A DNA stretch of 64,000 nucleotides, taken from the NCBI GenBank assembly GCA_965203305.1, contig OZ241874.1, positions 1,968,976-2,032,975 of the forward strand. Reading direction: 5' to 3'. This DNA is from Rhodothermales bacterium. GTDB lineage: Bacteria; Bacteroidota; Rhodothermia; Rhodothermales; Bin80. Position 1 is the first letter of the stretch. Each line of letters begins with the position of its first letter. The notes below the pieces were generated by a model, which saw only the letters and a list, made by a program, of their open reading frames with translations, was not told the DNA's origin and made no database searches. Position numbers and translations under genes: made by a program. This document shows positions 20,372 through 29,239 of this stretch, piece by piece.

Positions 20372-20622
20372 GATGGTGGAGAGATACCATCAATGAAAAG
20401 ATATATCTGGCATGCAAAAATAGAGATTATTATTGGTTTTCCAGCTCCATCCACAGAATATGTCCATGCAGATCTTGCCTCGTATGCTTTTCCACCAAGT
20501 TCGCCAAACTTATCTAGCCATGTGGTCGTGACTTCTTCCCATGCAGGGGATTTGCATCCAGCAAAATAAACAGTGAGCGTTGCAGTGATCAGGATCAGTG
20601 CTTTTGAATAGACTCTATTCAT
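20293..20622 (-). CDS. Small lipoprotein whose 3' end now reads into cassette copy 2
   Basis: Start at 20622: MNRVYSKALILITATLTVYFAGC (lipobox). The last ~27 codons are encoded by the cassette end, including the IR (20341-20361) and leader. Confidence 0.45.
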   Translation of the reverse strand: MNRVYSKALILITATLTVYFAGCKSPAWEEVTTTWLDKFGELGGKAYEARSAWTYSVDGAGKPIIISIFACQIYLFIDGISPPSYWELSRKIRKGCNRGTNPAPKGSLF

Positions 20623-20638
20623 TTCAGGAGAGGAAGGA

Positions 20639-20939
20639 TGCCTATTCCAATCAATTGGGCCGGTGAATCCAATTTTATTGGGCCACCCGTTCGGCATGTT
20701 TGGGATAGTGTTCATGACTCGGCAGATTGGGGCTGTAATTCTTGTTCTCCTTTGATCTTTCGCATGGACTCTCCGGTTAACGGAATGCGGTGTGCATTGT
20801 TGACGAGGCGATCCAGAATGGCATCCGCCAATGTGGGATTTTCCATGGTTTCATGCCACTTGTTGACCGGATACTGACTGGTGACAATGGTAGAGCACCA
20901 TACCCCTGAGAAAAAAACCTCCATCAATGAGAATCGCAA
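20639..20939 (-). mobile_element. IS21-family right-end remnant (istB 3' fragment plus terminus)
   Basis: Translation ...[53 protein letters not shown] resembles the IstB C-terminus. The ~75 nt after the stop, ending TG at 20639, recur inverted at 37845-37922. Confidence 0.65.
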
Positions 20940-21375
20940 CCCTAGTCATTCAGAAAAATTTTGCACGCTAAAAGCCTCAAATGTTTAGATCACTCGGAAT
21001 TTCCCATGGGCACTAGTAAGAGCCTCTTGCAAAAGTAGCATTTTAGAACGTTCAACCCATTTCTGAGGCCCAGGCTTCCTTGATTCTTGCCAAGTCCGGT
21101 TTGCGTCGGATTCTTTGTGCAGAACCGAGAGGTCTTCTTCGCCTGTCAAGAGGAGATGTTGGATACAATCCAAAACGTGAGTTTTCCATGACATAGTTCA
21201 ACAATCGGACACAACTTCCAGAGAGAGTATATAATCCTCTGCATCCGTGTATGTCAAATGGCATGGGATCATATTCTTGCAAGATTTGATGATAATCCGC
21301 CACCCCAAAACGCTCAATTGTTGTGTTGTAACATGGTAATCCCCTTACTCCATATACCTCCCGATATTAGTATCA

Positions 21376-22191
21376 TCAGAAATTGCTTACCAGACCCATT
21401 GCAGCCTGTCGTAGACTGTCTGGGATTTTTGAATCGAGCTTGCGTGTGTCCAAGTTCTGAACTGGTGCCAGCAAACGTACGCTATTCGTCATAAAGGCAG
21501 ATTCTGCAAATGACAATGCTTCCTCCGCAATCTGTTGCTCTGTGATTTTCAGCCCCATTTCTGTGGCACTGTCTATGACCCACTGACGCATGACTCCCGG
21601 AAGAACACCATCCGAAATTAACGGAGTCATCCAAGTATCGCCAAATTTCAGAAACAGATTTCCGCCTGTTGTACAACAAACATGGCCAGACTCATTCAGG
21701 AATAGAGCATCATCATAGCCTGCGGTACATGCATCTCGCAAGGCTATGATGTTGTCCGTATAGGCAAGAGTTTTATGAATGCTTGCTGGAGATGTGCTAT
21801 TTCTTCGAATGAGGCTTGTCTGCAGTGTAATGGGGGAAAACTGGTCATCTGTATTCAGAGGGGACAGGCCTAGCAGAACCGTTGGCTGAACCTGATGTGC
21901 ATTTGCAAGCCCTCTTTCCGCAGGTCCAGAGGTAACCGTGATCCGCAGAATGCCATTATGATCTCTGGTCAATTTCCTGTCAAGCAGAGTGCTGATTTTT
22001 TCAAGGCTGATGGAGATGTCAAGTGCAGAGGCATCCCGAACAAGTCTGCTCAAATGCGCCTCACGCAGAATCATGGAGCCATGTATGACCAGAGAAGTGT
22101 CAAATACACCATCCGCAAGCAAAAGCCCCCGATCCCGCAGATCAAAAAGATGGCTCGTATTTTGTTGCCGTAACTGCTCCAGGAAGAACAT
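21376..22191 (-). CDS. pabC: Aminodeoxychorismate lyase (class IV aminotransferase fold)
   Basis: 271 aa. Translationally coupled downstream of the pabA/pabB-like genes. The assignment rests mainly on context. Confidence 0.6.
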   Translation of the reverse strand: MFFLEQLRQQNTSHLFDLRDRGLLLADGVFDTSLVIHGSMILREAHLSRLVRDASALDISISLEKISTLLDRKLTRDHNGILRITVTSGPAERGLANAHQVQPTVLLGLSPLNTDDQFSPITLQTSLIRRNSTSPASIHKTLAYTDNIIALRDACTAGYDDALFLNESGHVCCTTGGNLFLKFGDTWMTPLISDGVLPGVMRQWVIDSATEMGLKITEQQIAEEALSFAESAFMTNSVRLLAPVQNLDTRKLDSKIPDSLRQAAMGLVSNF

Positions 22192-22763
22192 TAGAATCGC
22201 TCCATAATCCGTATGAAATTTTGCAGGAGTGCATGTCCGGATTCACTCAGAATTGATTCCGGGTGAAACTGTATCCCGAATGTCGGCTTTCTCCTGTGAC
22301 GCAGTGCCATGACCTCGCCTTCCAGTGATTTAGCCTGAACATCCAGATCGCTTCCATCAATGTCTGTTACAATCAGAGAGTGATACAGCCCTGCTTTCAG
22401 CGGATTGGGCAACCCTTCAAACAGATCAGATCCACAGTGCGCAATTGGGCTCGCCTGTCCATACTTGGGAAACAGTGCCCTCGTCACCCGACCGCCATAC
22501 GATTGCGCAATTGCCTGATGTCCTAGACATACACCGAGTATGGGAAGTTTTCCCGAAAAATGCGCAATCGCATTCATGCTGATCCCGGCTTGATCTGGCG
22601 TACCCGGCCCTGGAGAAATCACCAGTGCTTTGGGGGCTATTGCTTCAATATCATTCAGGGTCACATGTCCTGCATCCACCACCTTTGTACGCTGGGCAAG
22701 CTCCTCAAAGTATCTGCTAAGATTGAATACAAAACTGTCACGATTATTTAGTATCAGGATCAT
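22191..22763 (-). CDS. pabA: Aminodeoxychorismate/anthranilate synthase component II (glutamine amidotransferase)
   Basis: 190 aa. PILGVCLGHQAI and FGIQFHPES motifs. Confidence 0.8.
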   Translation of the reverse strand: MILILNNRDSFVFNLSRYFEELAQRTKVVDAGHVTLNDIEAIAPKALVISPGPGTPDQAGISMNAIAHFSGKLPILGVCLGHQAIAQSYGGRVTRALFPKYGQASPIAHCGSDLFEGLPNPLKAGLYHSLIVTDIDGSDLDVQAKSLEGEVMALRHRRKPTFGIQFHPESILSESGHALLQNFIRIMERF

Positions 22764-24118
22764 TCCGGGCTACTCGTGCCATCAAATATCTTCCGTGCCT
22801 TCAGTAGAGTTTCAGAATACTCTTCGTCTGGATCTGACAGGGATGTGATCCCGCTGCCAACATCCAGACGTATCTGATCACCGTCAAACTGGATCGTCCG
22901 AATCATGATGTTAAAATCTGCCGCACCATCGAATCCAAAATAGCCAAAGGATCCGCAAAAGGCACGACGGGGGGAATGTTCAAGTTGCTGGATAACCTCC
23001 ATGGCCCGGCTCTTTGGTGCACCTGTAACAGAACCCCCAGGAAATACCGCCGAAAAAAGATCAAACGCATCCTGTCCTTCTTTCAATTTTCCCTGAATGG
23101 AAGAAGTAAGCTGATGCAACCCCGCGTAGGATTCCAGGGTGCAGAGCTCCGGTACCTGCACCGAACAAACCCTGCATACTTTGGACAAGTCATTCCGAAG
23201 CAAATCAACCACCATGGTGTTTTCTGCACGATCTTTCTCTGAACCGAGAAGCCTTTCCCTCAATTGCCCGTCTTCATATAGATCATCGGATCGCTCAATC
23301 GTTCCTTTGATTGGTCTTGCTTCAGCCTCTCCCTCAGAACTCAAAGAAATCAGCCGCTCTGGTGAAGTACAGGCGATAGCCCTCTCCCCGAAAATACCAT
23401 AGGCAGAAAAGGGAGAGGGATTGCTGTTTCGAATCGCATAATAGATTTGTAATGGCCCTGAGCTGTCAGGGTCCGATGCTGTGAAGGTTTGCGCAAAATT
23501 TGCCTGATAAATATCACCTGCACGGATGAATTCAAGGATATCATTCACCGATTCCACATAAGCCGCTTTTGCAATCTCGTTATGCCAAGTTAGATTCAGC
23601 ACCGGCACATCAGGCTGAATCATTTCTTCTATGTTCTCCCTGATTGCGCGCATATGAGCCTCAGCCACATCCTTGCATGGCTCGTACGATCCGTTTTGAA
23701 GACCAGATGAAATGATCCACGTACGGCTTGCGTGATGATCAACGGCAATAATAGTATCATATAGCCTGAAGTGACAATGATCGCCTCCCTCCGCAGAATG
23801 GCGAGATATGGTATGCGCATCAGTTTCCGCGAATTCGTAGTCAAAAAAGCCGACCAGTCCGCCCTGGAACGACGGACCATCATTAATCCGCCCGGTTGCA
23901 TAACTCCCGAGAATCCGCCGCAAATCATCAAGGTTTGCCGTAGAGGGAATTGACTCTACTGGATCAATGCAAAGGTAAGAGTAGCGACCGAACCGCAGGT
24001 CATTGGATGAGCTGTCAAGCCAGATCATGCCTCGCCCCTGCGCATACAGATGAGCCAAAGATGGCAGGTCTATTGACGCAAGCTCTCGTGCCCACATATC
24101 ATTACAGATTCTGCACAA
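22760..24118 (-). CDS. pabB: Aminodeoxychorismate synthase component I
   Basis: 452 aa. Chorismate-binding motif FPGGSVTGAPKSRAMEVI. Operon with pabA and pabC. Confidence 0.75.
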   Translation of the reverse strand: MCRICNDMWARELASIDLPSLAHLYAQGRGMIWLDSSSNDLRFGRYSYLCIDPVESIPSTANLDDLRRILGSYATGRINDGPSFQGGLVGFFDYEFAETDAHTISRHSAEGGDHCHFRLYDTIIAVDHHASRTWIISSGLQNGSYEPCKDVAEAHMRAIRENIEEMIQPDVPVLNLTWHNEIAKAAYVESVNDILEFIRAGDIYQANFAQTFTASDPDSSGPLQIYYAIRNSNPSPFSAYGIFGERAIACTSPERLISLSSEGEAEARPIKGTIERSDDLYEDGQLRERLLGSEKDRAENTMVVDLLRNDLSKVCRVCSVQVPELCTLESYAGLHQLTSSIQGKLKEGQDAFDLFSAVFPGGSVTGAPKSRAMEVIQQLEHSPRRAFCGSFGYFGFDGAADFNIMIRTIQFDGDQIRLDVGSGITSLSDPDEEYSETLLKARKIFDGTSSPE

Positions 24119-24585
24119 GTGAGATCCAATCTACGCAGGATTGTCCACAGCTAATAAGCCCCGGTAATCCTTTGGGAATTCACATTGACCATAGAACGGG
24201 CAGCGGAGAATGCCTTCTGCAAACAGAGCCTCTTGCAGAAATACTTTGGTAAAGGACCATGCATACTTGCAAGCACTTTCAGGGGACCGAATCTCCGCCA
24301 ACTTGATATTTTTGCAGAAACCTCTACTGCTCATTACTGAAGTTACCCCCTGGTATATAAGCCCCTCAGGTGAGCGAACAGGAATTCCCTGCCCTGCATA
24401 TCCGAGAATATCGTCTGGCATTGATGAATCTGTTTTTCGGTTAGTTTTCGACAGTCAAACACAGGAATCTGTGATAACATGGACAGAACAACATCAGACC
24501 TCCCCATTTGCTGTCGGCTGCCAATATCCCAAAACAGGATAATCTTCAATGTTGAATCAGACCAGAGAATGCGAACAATGAGAGA

Positions 24586-25918
24586 TTACCTCTCCATTCC
24601 CATATCTGTGTTTTGCCCCTTGTCCGGGTCGTCTTTGCTCTGTGAGATTCCTGTTCTGGTTTGATTTTTCCCTCCTCTTTTTCGGGAAATGGGCTGTCTG
24701 CTTTATGATTCTCTGGTTCCTTTGGGGGAGACTCTTTTCCTGTTTCTTCCCCAGAAACCTGTTTCAAATGGGACTGTTCCCGGGCTGTGAGCTCCTTCTC
24801 CGCCAGCCATTCCCGTATCATGTAGTCGTGGAGAGAGGGGATCGGAATGATGTATCTCCGCCCCTTCTTGTGCAGAACGCCCTTTGACAGGGCCCGATCA
24901 AATCCACCTTCCCCAATCGCCCGCTTGATCTCCTCATCTGTCAGTCCAATCTCCAGCGAAACATGCTGAAACAATTCCGCCAGTCCATTGAATTCATTAT
25001 ACGTCAAGTCTTCCGTCCGGCCACGGTAGTATTCCCTGCGGTTTACCCGCCCCTGCTCCATGACGATACGCAACCCCTCCGCGGTCATCTCCCCCTCGGA
25101 TTTCTTTAAGTACTCCAGGGCAGGGTCCAGGTAGGACGCGATGTGGTGCCCCCACCCGTGTGTCTCTGCTGTGATGGCATTCATCCAAGCAGTGATGTCC
25201 CCCTTCGCCTTCCCCTCCTCTGTGAGCCAGTCCTTGATCACCCCTCGTTCCTCCGCTCTGGAGAGTGCCTCAAGATTGAAATAGCAGTTGCTCTTGAACC
25301 GGGATATGCCCAGCACTCCCTCAAATACAGACCGGGTATTCCCTAGTCCACCAACCAGTAATACCAAAGGCCTGTCCATCTTCCCATTGTAGATATAGTC
25401 TAGAAGGGAGGTTGCCAATTCTTGTTTTCCCGCAGGGATGAGGGTCGGACTTCCAAATCGCTGTGCCTCATCAAGAATCAGCAGGAGCGGGGCATCTTTG
25501 CTCTGAAGAGCCTTGATAGGGGTGGATGCATCTCTGTCCAGATCAAGCGATATCCCTAGAGAGGCAATATCTATTTCGACCTCTGCGGAGATTCTTTTTA
25601 ATCGACGTTTGGCTTTCCCCAGACATTCCCACAGAATATCTGTGTCCCAGAGTGCCCCTGGTCTGATCTCTGCGGTGCCCCAGCCTTTCTCCTCCGCCCA
25701 TTTTCTGCACTCCGCCAGGAATGCGGTTTTGCCCACACCTGGGGGCCCTAGACCAGGAAACAGGAACCCTTCTTTCCAGGGCTGGACCGGAATAATAACC
25801 GCAGAAAGTACTTCTTCTCGTTTTCCCGCCCGTGGAAGTATCTTGTCTCCCCGCGGTCGTCAATAATTTCTCCTTCTGGAAGTGGCTTGTCCTGATCGGG
25901 AAGTTTTGTGCGGAACAT
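24586..25918 (-). pseudogene. ORC/Cdc6-like AAA+ ATPase, cassette copy 3, decayed
   Basis: From the ATG at 25918: MFRTKLPDQDKPLPEGEIIDDRGETRYFHGRE...GSCFLV, then in-frame TAG (25748-25750) where paralogs have Q of FLVQGPPG. The frame then shifts at the following C-run; the ORF-track frame 24546-25736 continues GPPGVGKTAFL. A second frameshift near 24640-24650: the conserved end TDMGMER-TAA (stop 24586-24588) is in another frame. Confidence 0.75.
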
Positions 25919-26094
25919 AGCGGAGACAGGAGATGGCTGGCAGAACTTTTATGCTTGGACACTCAGACACTGCTTCAGGTTCCCCCGGTTTTTGGGGCCA
26001 GGTTTGTGCAGGGCCGGGTTGGATGTCTACCCAACTGCTGAACCCAGAGAAGGGAAACGGAGCAGAAACACGCAGGGAGTCTGCCCGTTCCCAG

Positions 26095-26120
26095 CTTGCG
26101 GATTTTGCTGGATAACTCCC
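26095..26120. repeat. Right (upstream) IR arm of cassette copy 3; the left arm is missing
   Basis: CTTGCGGATTTTGCTGGATAACTCCC. No matching TTATCCAGC arm lies 3' of the copy-3 stop. Confidence 0.7.
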
Positions 26121-26142
26121 AAAATGTCTGTACCTCTCCACC

Positions 26143-27147
26143 CTATGATACTCCTTCACTCATTTCAATCATACGCTCAATGGGCTTGAGTGCTCGTCTG
26201 CGGACGGATTCTTCCATGCGAATTTCTGGCAATTCATGCTGCATGCAGAGGTAAAGCTTTTCGAGCGTATTCAGGCGCATATGTGGACACTGGCTGCAGT
26301 TGCATCCGCTTTCAGGAGGAGCAGGAATAAACTGCTTGTGCGGAGAGTCTTTCCGCATCTGATGCAGAATTCCTTCCTCGGTTGCAATGATGAACGAGTC
26401 TCCTTCATCTTCCCGTGCAAACCGGCGGATTCCGCTCGTGGAGCCGACATAATCAGCATGCCGAAGGACAGCTTCTTCACATTCCGGGTGCGCCAGCACC
26501 CTGGCATCGGGAAACTCCACTTTCAGGGAAAGCAGCTTCCGCTCGCTAAATGTTTCATGTACGATGCAGACTCCGTCCCATATGATCAGGTCGCGTCCTG
26601 TCTTGCGCTCAAGCCAGCGGCCCAGATTGCGGTCCGGTGCAAAAATGACGGGCTGGGATTCCGGGATCATCCGTAACAGATGCTCCGCATTCGTGGAAGT
26701 GCAGATAAGATCACTTCTCGCCTTTACAGCAGCGGAGCAGTTGATATATGACATCACTAGATGATCTGGATGCCTGTCACAGAAAGCCTGAAATTCATCC
26801 GCAGGGCATGTGTCTGCCAGAGAGCATCCCGCATTCAGATCTGGAAGGACAACTTTCTTGTCAGGACACAGAATTTTTGCCGTTTCTGCCATAAAATGAA
26901 CCCCGGAAAAAACAATCATGTCGGCCGAAGTTGCCGCTGCCTGCCGGGAAAGCCCCAGTGAGTCACCGATAAAATCGGCAGCATCCTGGATGGCAGGCTC
27001 CTGGTAATAGTGTGCAAGCAGAATGGCATTCTTTTCCTTTTTGAGAAGCTCTATTTCCTCATAGAGGTCCAGCGCTGGATCAACAGGCTCGTCAATAAAT
27101 CCAGCCTGATCCAGTCTGCTGCCAGGAAGATCAATGGGCACGGGCAT
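26143..27147 (-). CDS. nadA: Quinolinate synthase
   Basis: 334 aa. [30 protein letters not shown] and conserved Cys ligands. Typical NadA length. Confidence 0.9.
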   Translation of the reverse strand: MPVPIDLPGSRLDQAGFIDEPVDPALDLYEEIELLKKEKNAILLAHYYQEPAIQDAADFIGDSLGLSRQAAATSADMIVFSGVHFMAETAKILCPDKKVVLPDLNAGCSLADTCPADEFQAFCDRHPDHLVMSYINCSAAVKARSDLICTSTNAEHLLRMIPESQPVIFAPDRNLGRWLERKTGRDLIIWDGVCIVHETFSERKLLSLKVEFPDARVLAHPECEEAVLRHADYVGSTSGIRRFAREDEGDSFIIATEEGILHQMRKDSPHKQFIPAPPESGCNCSQCPHMRLNTLEKLYLCMQHELPEIRMEESVRRRALKPIERMIEMSEGVS

Positions 27148-27266
27148 GATTTTTCAGGTTTGGCTGTGTGTTCCCTGCACTGAATCTTATGCTCTTACCT
27201 GACAGCGAACGCCCAAGAAATGTTTTTGTGGCAATGATCCTGACATGCCTGCCTGATTCGGCGGGT

Positions 27267-27947
27267 TTACCCCTCGTGAAGCTGCCCGTCCCGTAACCGC
27301 AGGACACGATCACACAACTGGCTCAGGGCAGGGTTATGGGTCGCGATTATGAATGCCTGGCTGTACTGCCGGCTCAGACTCAGCATCTCTTCATGCAATG
27401 CTTCGGCAGTTCCTGTGTCCAGACTTCCTGAAGGCTCATCGGCAAGAACCAGTGCCGGCTGATTCATTAAGGCACGTGCCACGGCGACTCGCTGCTGCTC
27501 TCCCCCAGAAAGCTCGGACGGGCGATGATGAAAACGCGAATCCAGTCCAAGCTGTTGCAGCAATGTTTCTGCTCTGCCCTGCGCTTTGCGAAGCGATTCT
27601 CCCCCGATGAGTGCAGGCATCGCTACATTCTCCAGTGCACTAAACTCGGGGAGCAGGTGGTGAAACTGAAATATGAATCCGACAGACTGATTCCGCCAGC
27701 GGCTCAGCGAGCGGTCATTCTGCTGAAAAACATCCTGCCCGTCGTAAAAGACCCTGCCCTGATCCGGCCGATCCAGAGCTCCCAACAGATTAAGGAGTGT
27801 CGTCTTGCCTGTTCCACTGTCCCCTACGATTGCTACAACTTCGCCTTCGTCAACACGCATGGAGATTCCCCTGAGCACTTCCAGTCTTCCGCCTGATCCC
27901 GTTTCAAACCCCTTGTGAAGATTTTCTACAACCAGACGCGACTGCAT
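27267..27947 (-). CDS. lolD: ABC transporter ATP-binding protein, LolD/MacB-like
   Basis: 226 aa. GDSGTGKTT, LSGGEQQRVAVARAL, VLADEPSGSLD, FIFQFHHLLPEFSALENV. Confidence 0.65.
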   Translation of the reverse strand: MQSRLVVENLHKGFETGSGGRLEVLRGISMRVDEGEVVAIVGDSGTGKTTLLNLLGALDRPDQGRVFYDGQDVFQQNDRSLSRWRNQSVGFIFQFHHLLPEFSALENVAMPALIGGESLRKAQGRAETLLQQLGLDSRFHHRPSELSGGEQQRVAVARALMNQPALVLADEPSGSLDTGTAEALHEEMLSLSRQYSQAFIIATHNPALSQLCDRVLRLRDGQLHEG

Positions 27948-29239
27948 CAGAACCGCGTGTTAACTACATTGGCAAACTTTGACCCGAACGTATACGAGAA
28001 GGCAATACTGGTGCTGGCATAGTAATCTGTCGCCAGCTCGCGCTGCTGAAGCAGAATGTCCTCCAGTAACAGTTTTCCGGCAGGCAGAAAGAGCTGATCC
28101 CGAATCATCTGAAAACTTCCCTCCACTTCCAGAGAGAATCCCTCAAAAAGACGCACAGAAATATTCGCGAAAAACTCTGCGCGCTGCTTTGACAGGTCAT
28201 GCAGATACTGGGATCCCTCCAGTCCGCTGAAAATATCTCCCCACGGGCGACGAATCGCAACGGTCGCATCCAGATGATGATGTGGCAGCCACTCTTCAGT
28301 TTCGCCAAAAATCGTCGGTTCAAAGTAATCCGCATACAAAAACCCGATCCGATATACAAATGTGATCGCTCGTCGCGTGGCGACTTCGTACGGAAGCAGA
28401 CTGTATTCAACCCCGGGAACGACTTCCAGCAAATGCCTGAGGTTGCGGTCATTACGTGTCACATAGTCCACAAAGAGTCCTGCGGACCAGTGAGGTCCCA
28501 GGCTTCGGATCAGATAGCTGTCCAGTCCATGCCGGCTGATGCTGCTGCGTATGACTGCCCCTTGATCTCGTTGAATCCGTACAAGGTCATAGTTGAAGTA
28601 GGGACGAATCCTGGCCTTCCACTCCTCGCTCCGGTGATCAGCATAAAATCCCCATCGCGAATCAAATACCGTACGGTTGGACTCCAGATCCAGCTCAAAA
28701 TCTCCTCCGTACAGATTGAATATCCAGTGCCTCCACGGATCTCTGCTAAGCAGCTGATCTGATTGCACAGATTCATTCCTGGCATAGTTGATGGAGAAGA
28801 CATCGGTGGAACCTTCCGAACCCAGGAAGGGTGCCAGCCCCAGCCGAAGAGCTTCATTGATGACTGCTCTTCGCTGCTCACCGGATGTATCCTGTCCGAG
28901 TACCCTGCTGAGATTCAGGCTTGAACCTTCCAAAGTCCCCCGTCCAATAAAAGACAATTCATACAGGTTGCCTCCAAATACTGTGATGCTCCGGGTCACA
29001 AAGATGTGCACATCTGCCTGGTTCTGGTCCCGGACATAGTCAACAAAATTCAGCTCTGTCCGAATATGCAATTCATCACAGGTGTCGCAGTCCAGAAACA
29101 CGCTGAGCCTTCCCCCGTCAGAAACCTGAGCGATACCGACTCCGGCAGGAATCACCAGAAGCAGTCCGAGCATGCCAAATACGACGGCCGGATAAAAATC
29201 AGACATCACGTTCAAGTTTATGATGCTTGATTCGGGCAC
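27947..29239 (-). CDS. Outer-membrane beta-barrel-like protein
   Basis: 430-aa ORF. Probable start MSDFYPAVVFGMLGLLLVIPAGVGIAQ. C-terminal ...FANVVNTRF (terminal aromatic residue, typical of OMPs). Confidence 0.55.
   Translation of the reverse strand: MPESSIINLNVMSDFYPAVVFGMLGLLLVIPAGVGIAQVSDGGRLSVFLDCDTCDELHIRTELNFVDYVRDQNQADVHIFVTRSITVFGGNLYELSFIGRGTLEGSSLNLSRVLGQDTSGEQRRAVINEALRLGLAPFLGSEGSTDVFSINYARNESVQSDQLLSRDPWRHWIFNLYGGDFELDLESNRTVFDSRWGFYADHRSEEWKARIRPYFNYDLVRIQRDQGAVIRSSISRHGLDSYLIRSLGPHWSAGLFVDYVTRNDRNLRHLLEVVPGVEYSLLPYEVATRRAITFVYRIGFLYADYFEPTIFGETEEWLPHHHLDATVAIRRPWGDIFSGLEGSQYLHDLSKQRAEFFANISVRLFEGFSLEVEGSFQMIRDQLFLPAGKLLLEDILLQQRELATDYYASTSIAFSYTFGSKFANVVNTRF

Noticed and set aside
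24131-24421. 96-aa minus-strand ORF between pabB and cassette copy 3
   Set aside because: No recognisable motifs. It spans a half-site of the dispersed GAGCCTCTTGCA repeat and may be fortuitous. Not enough support to call a gene.
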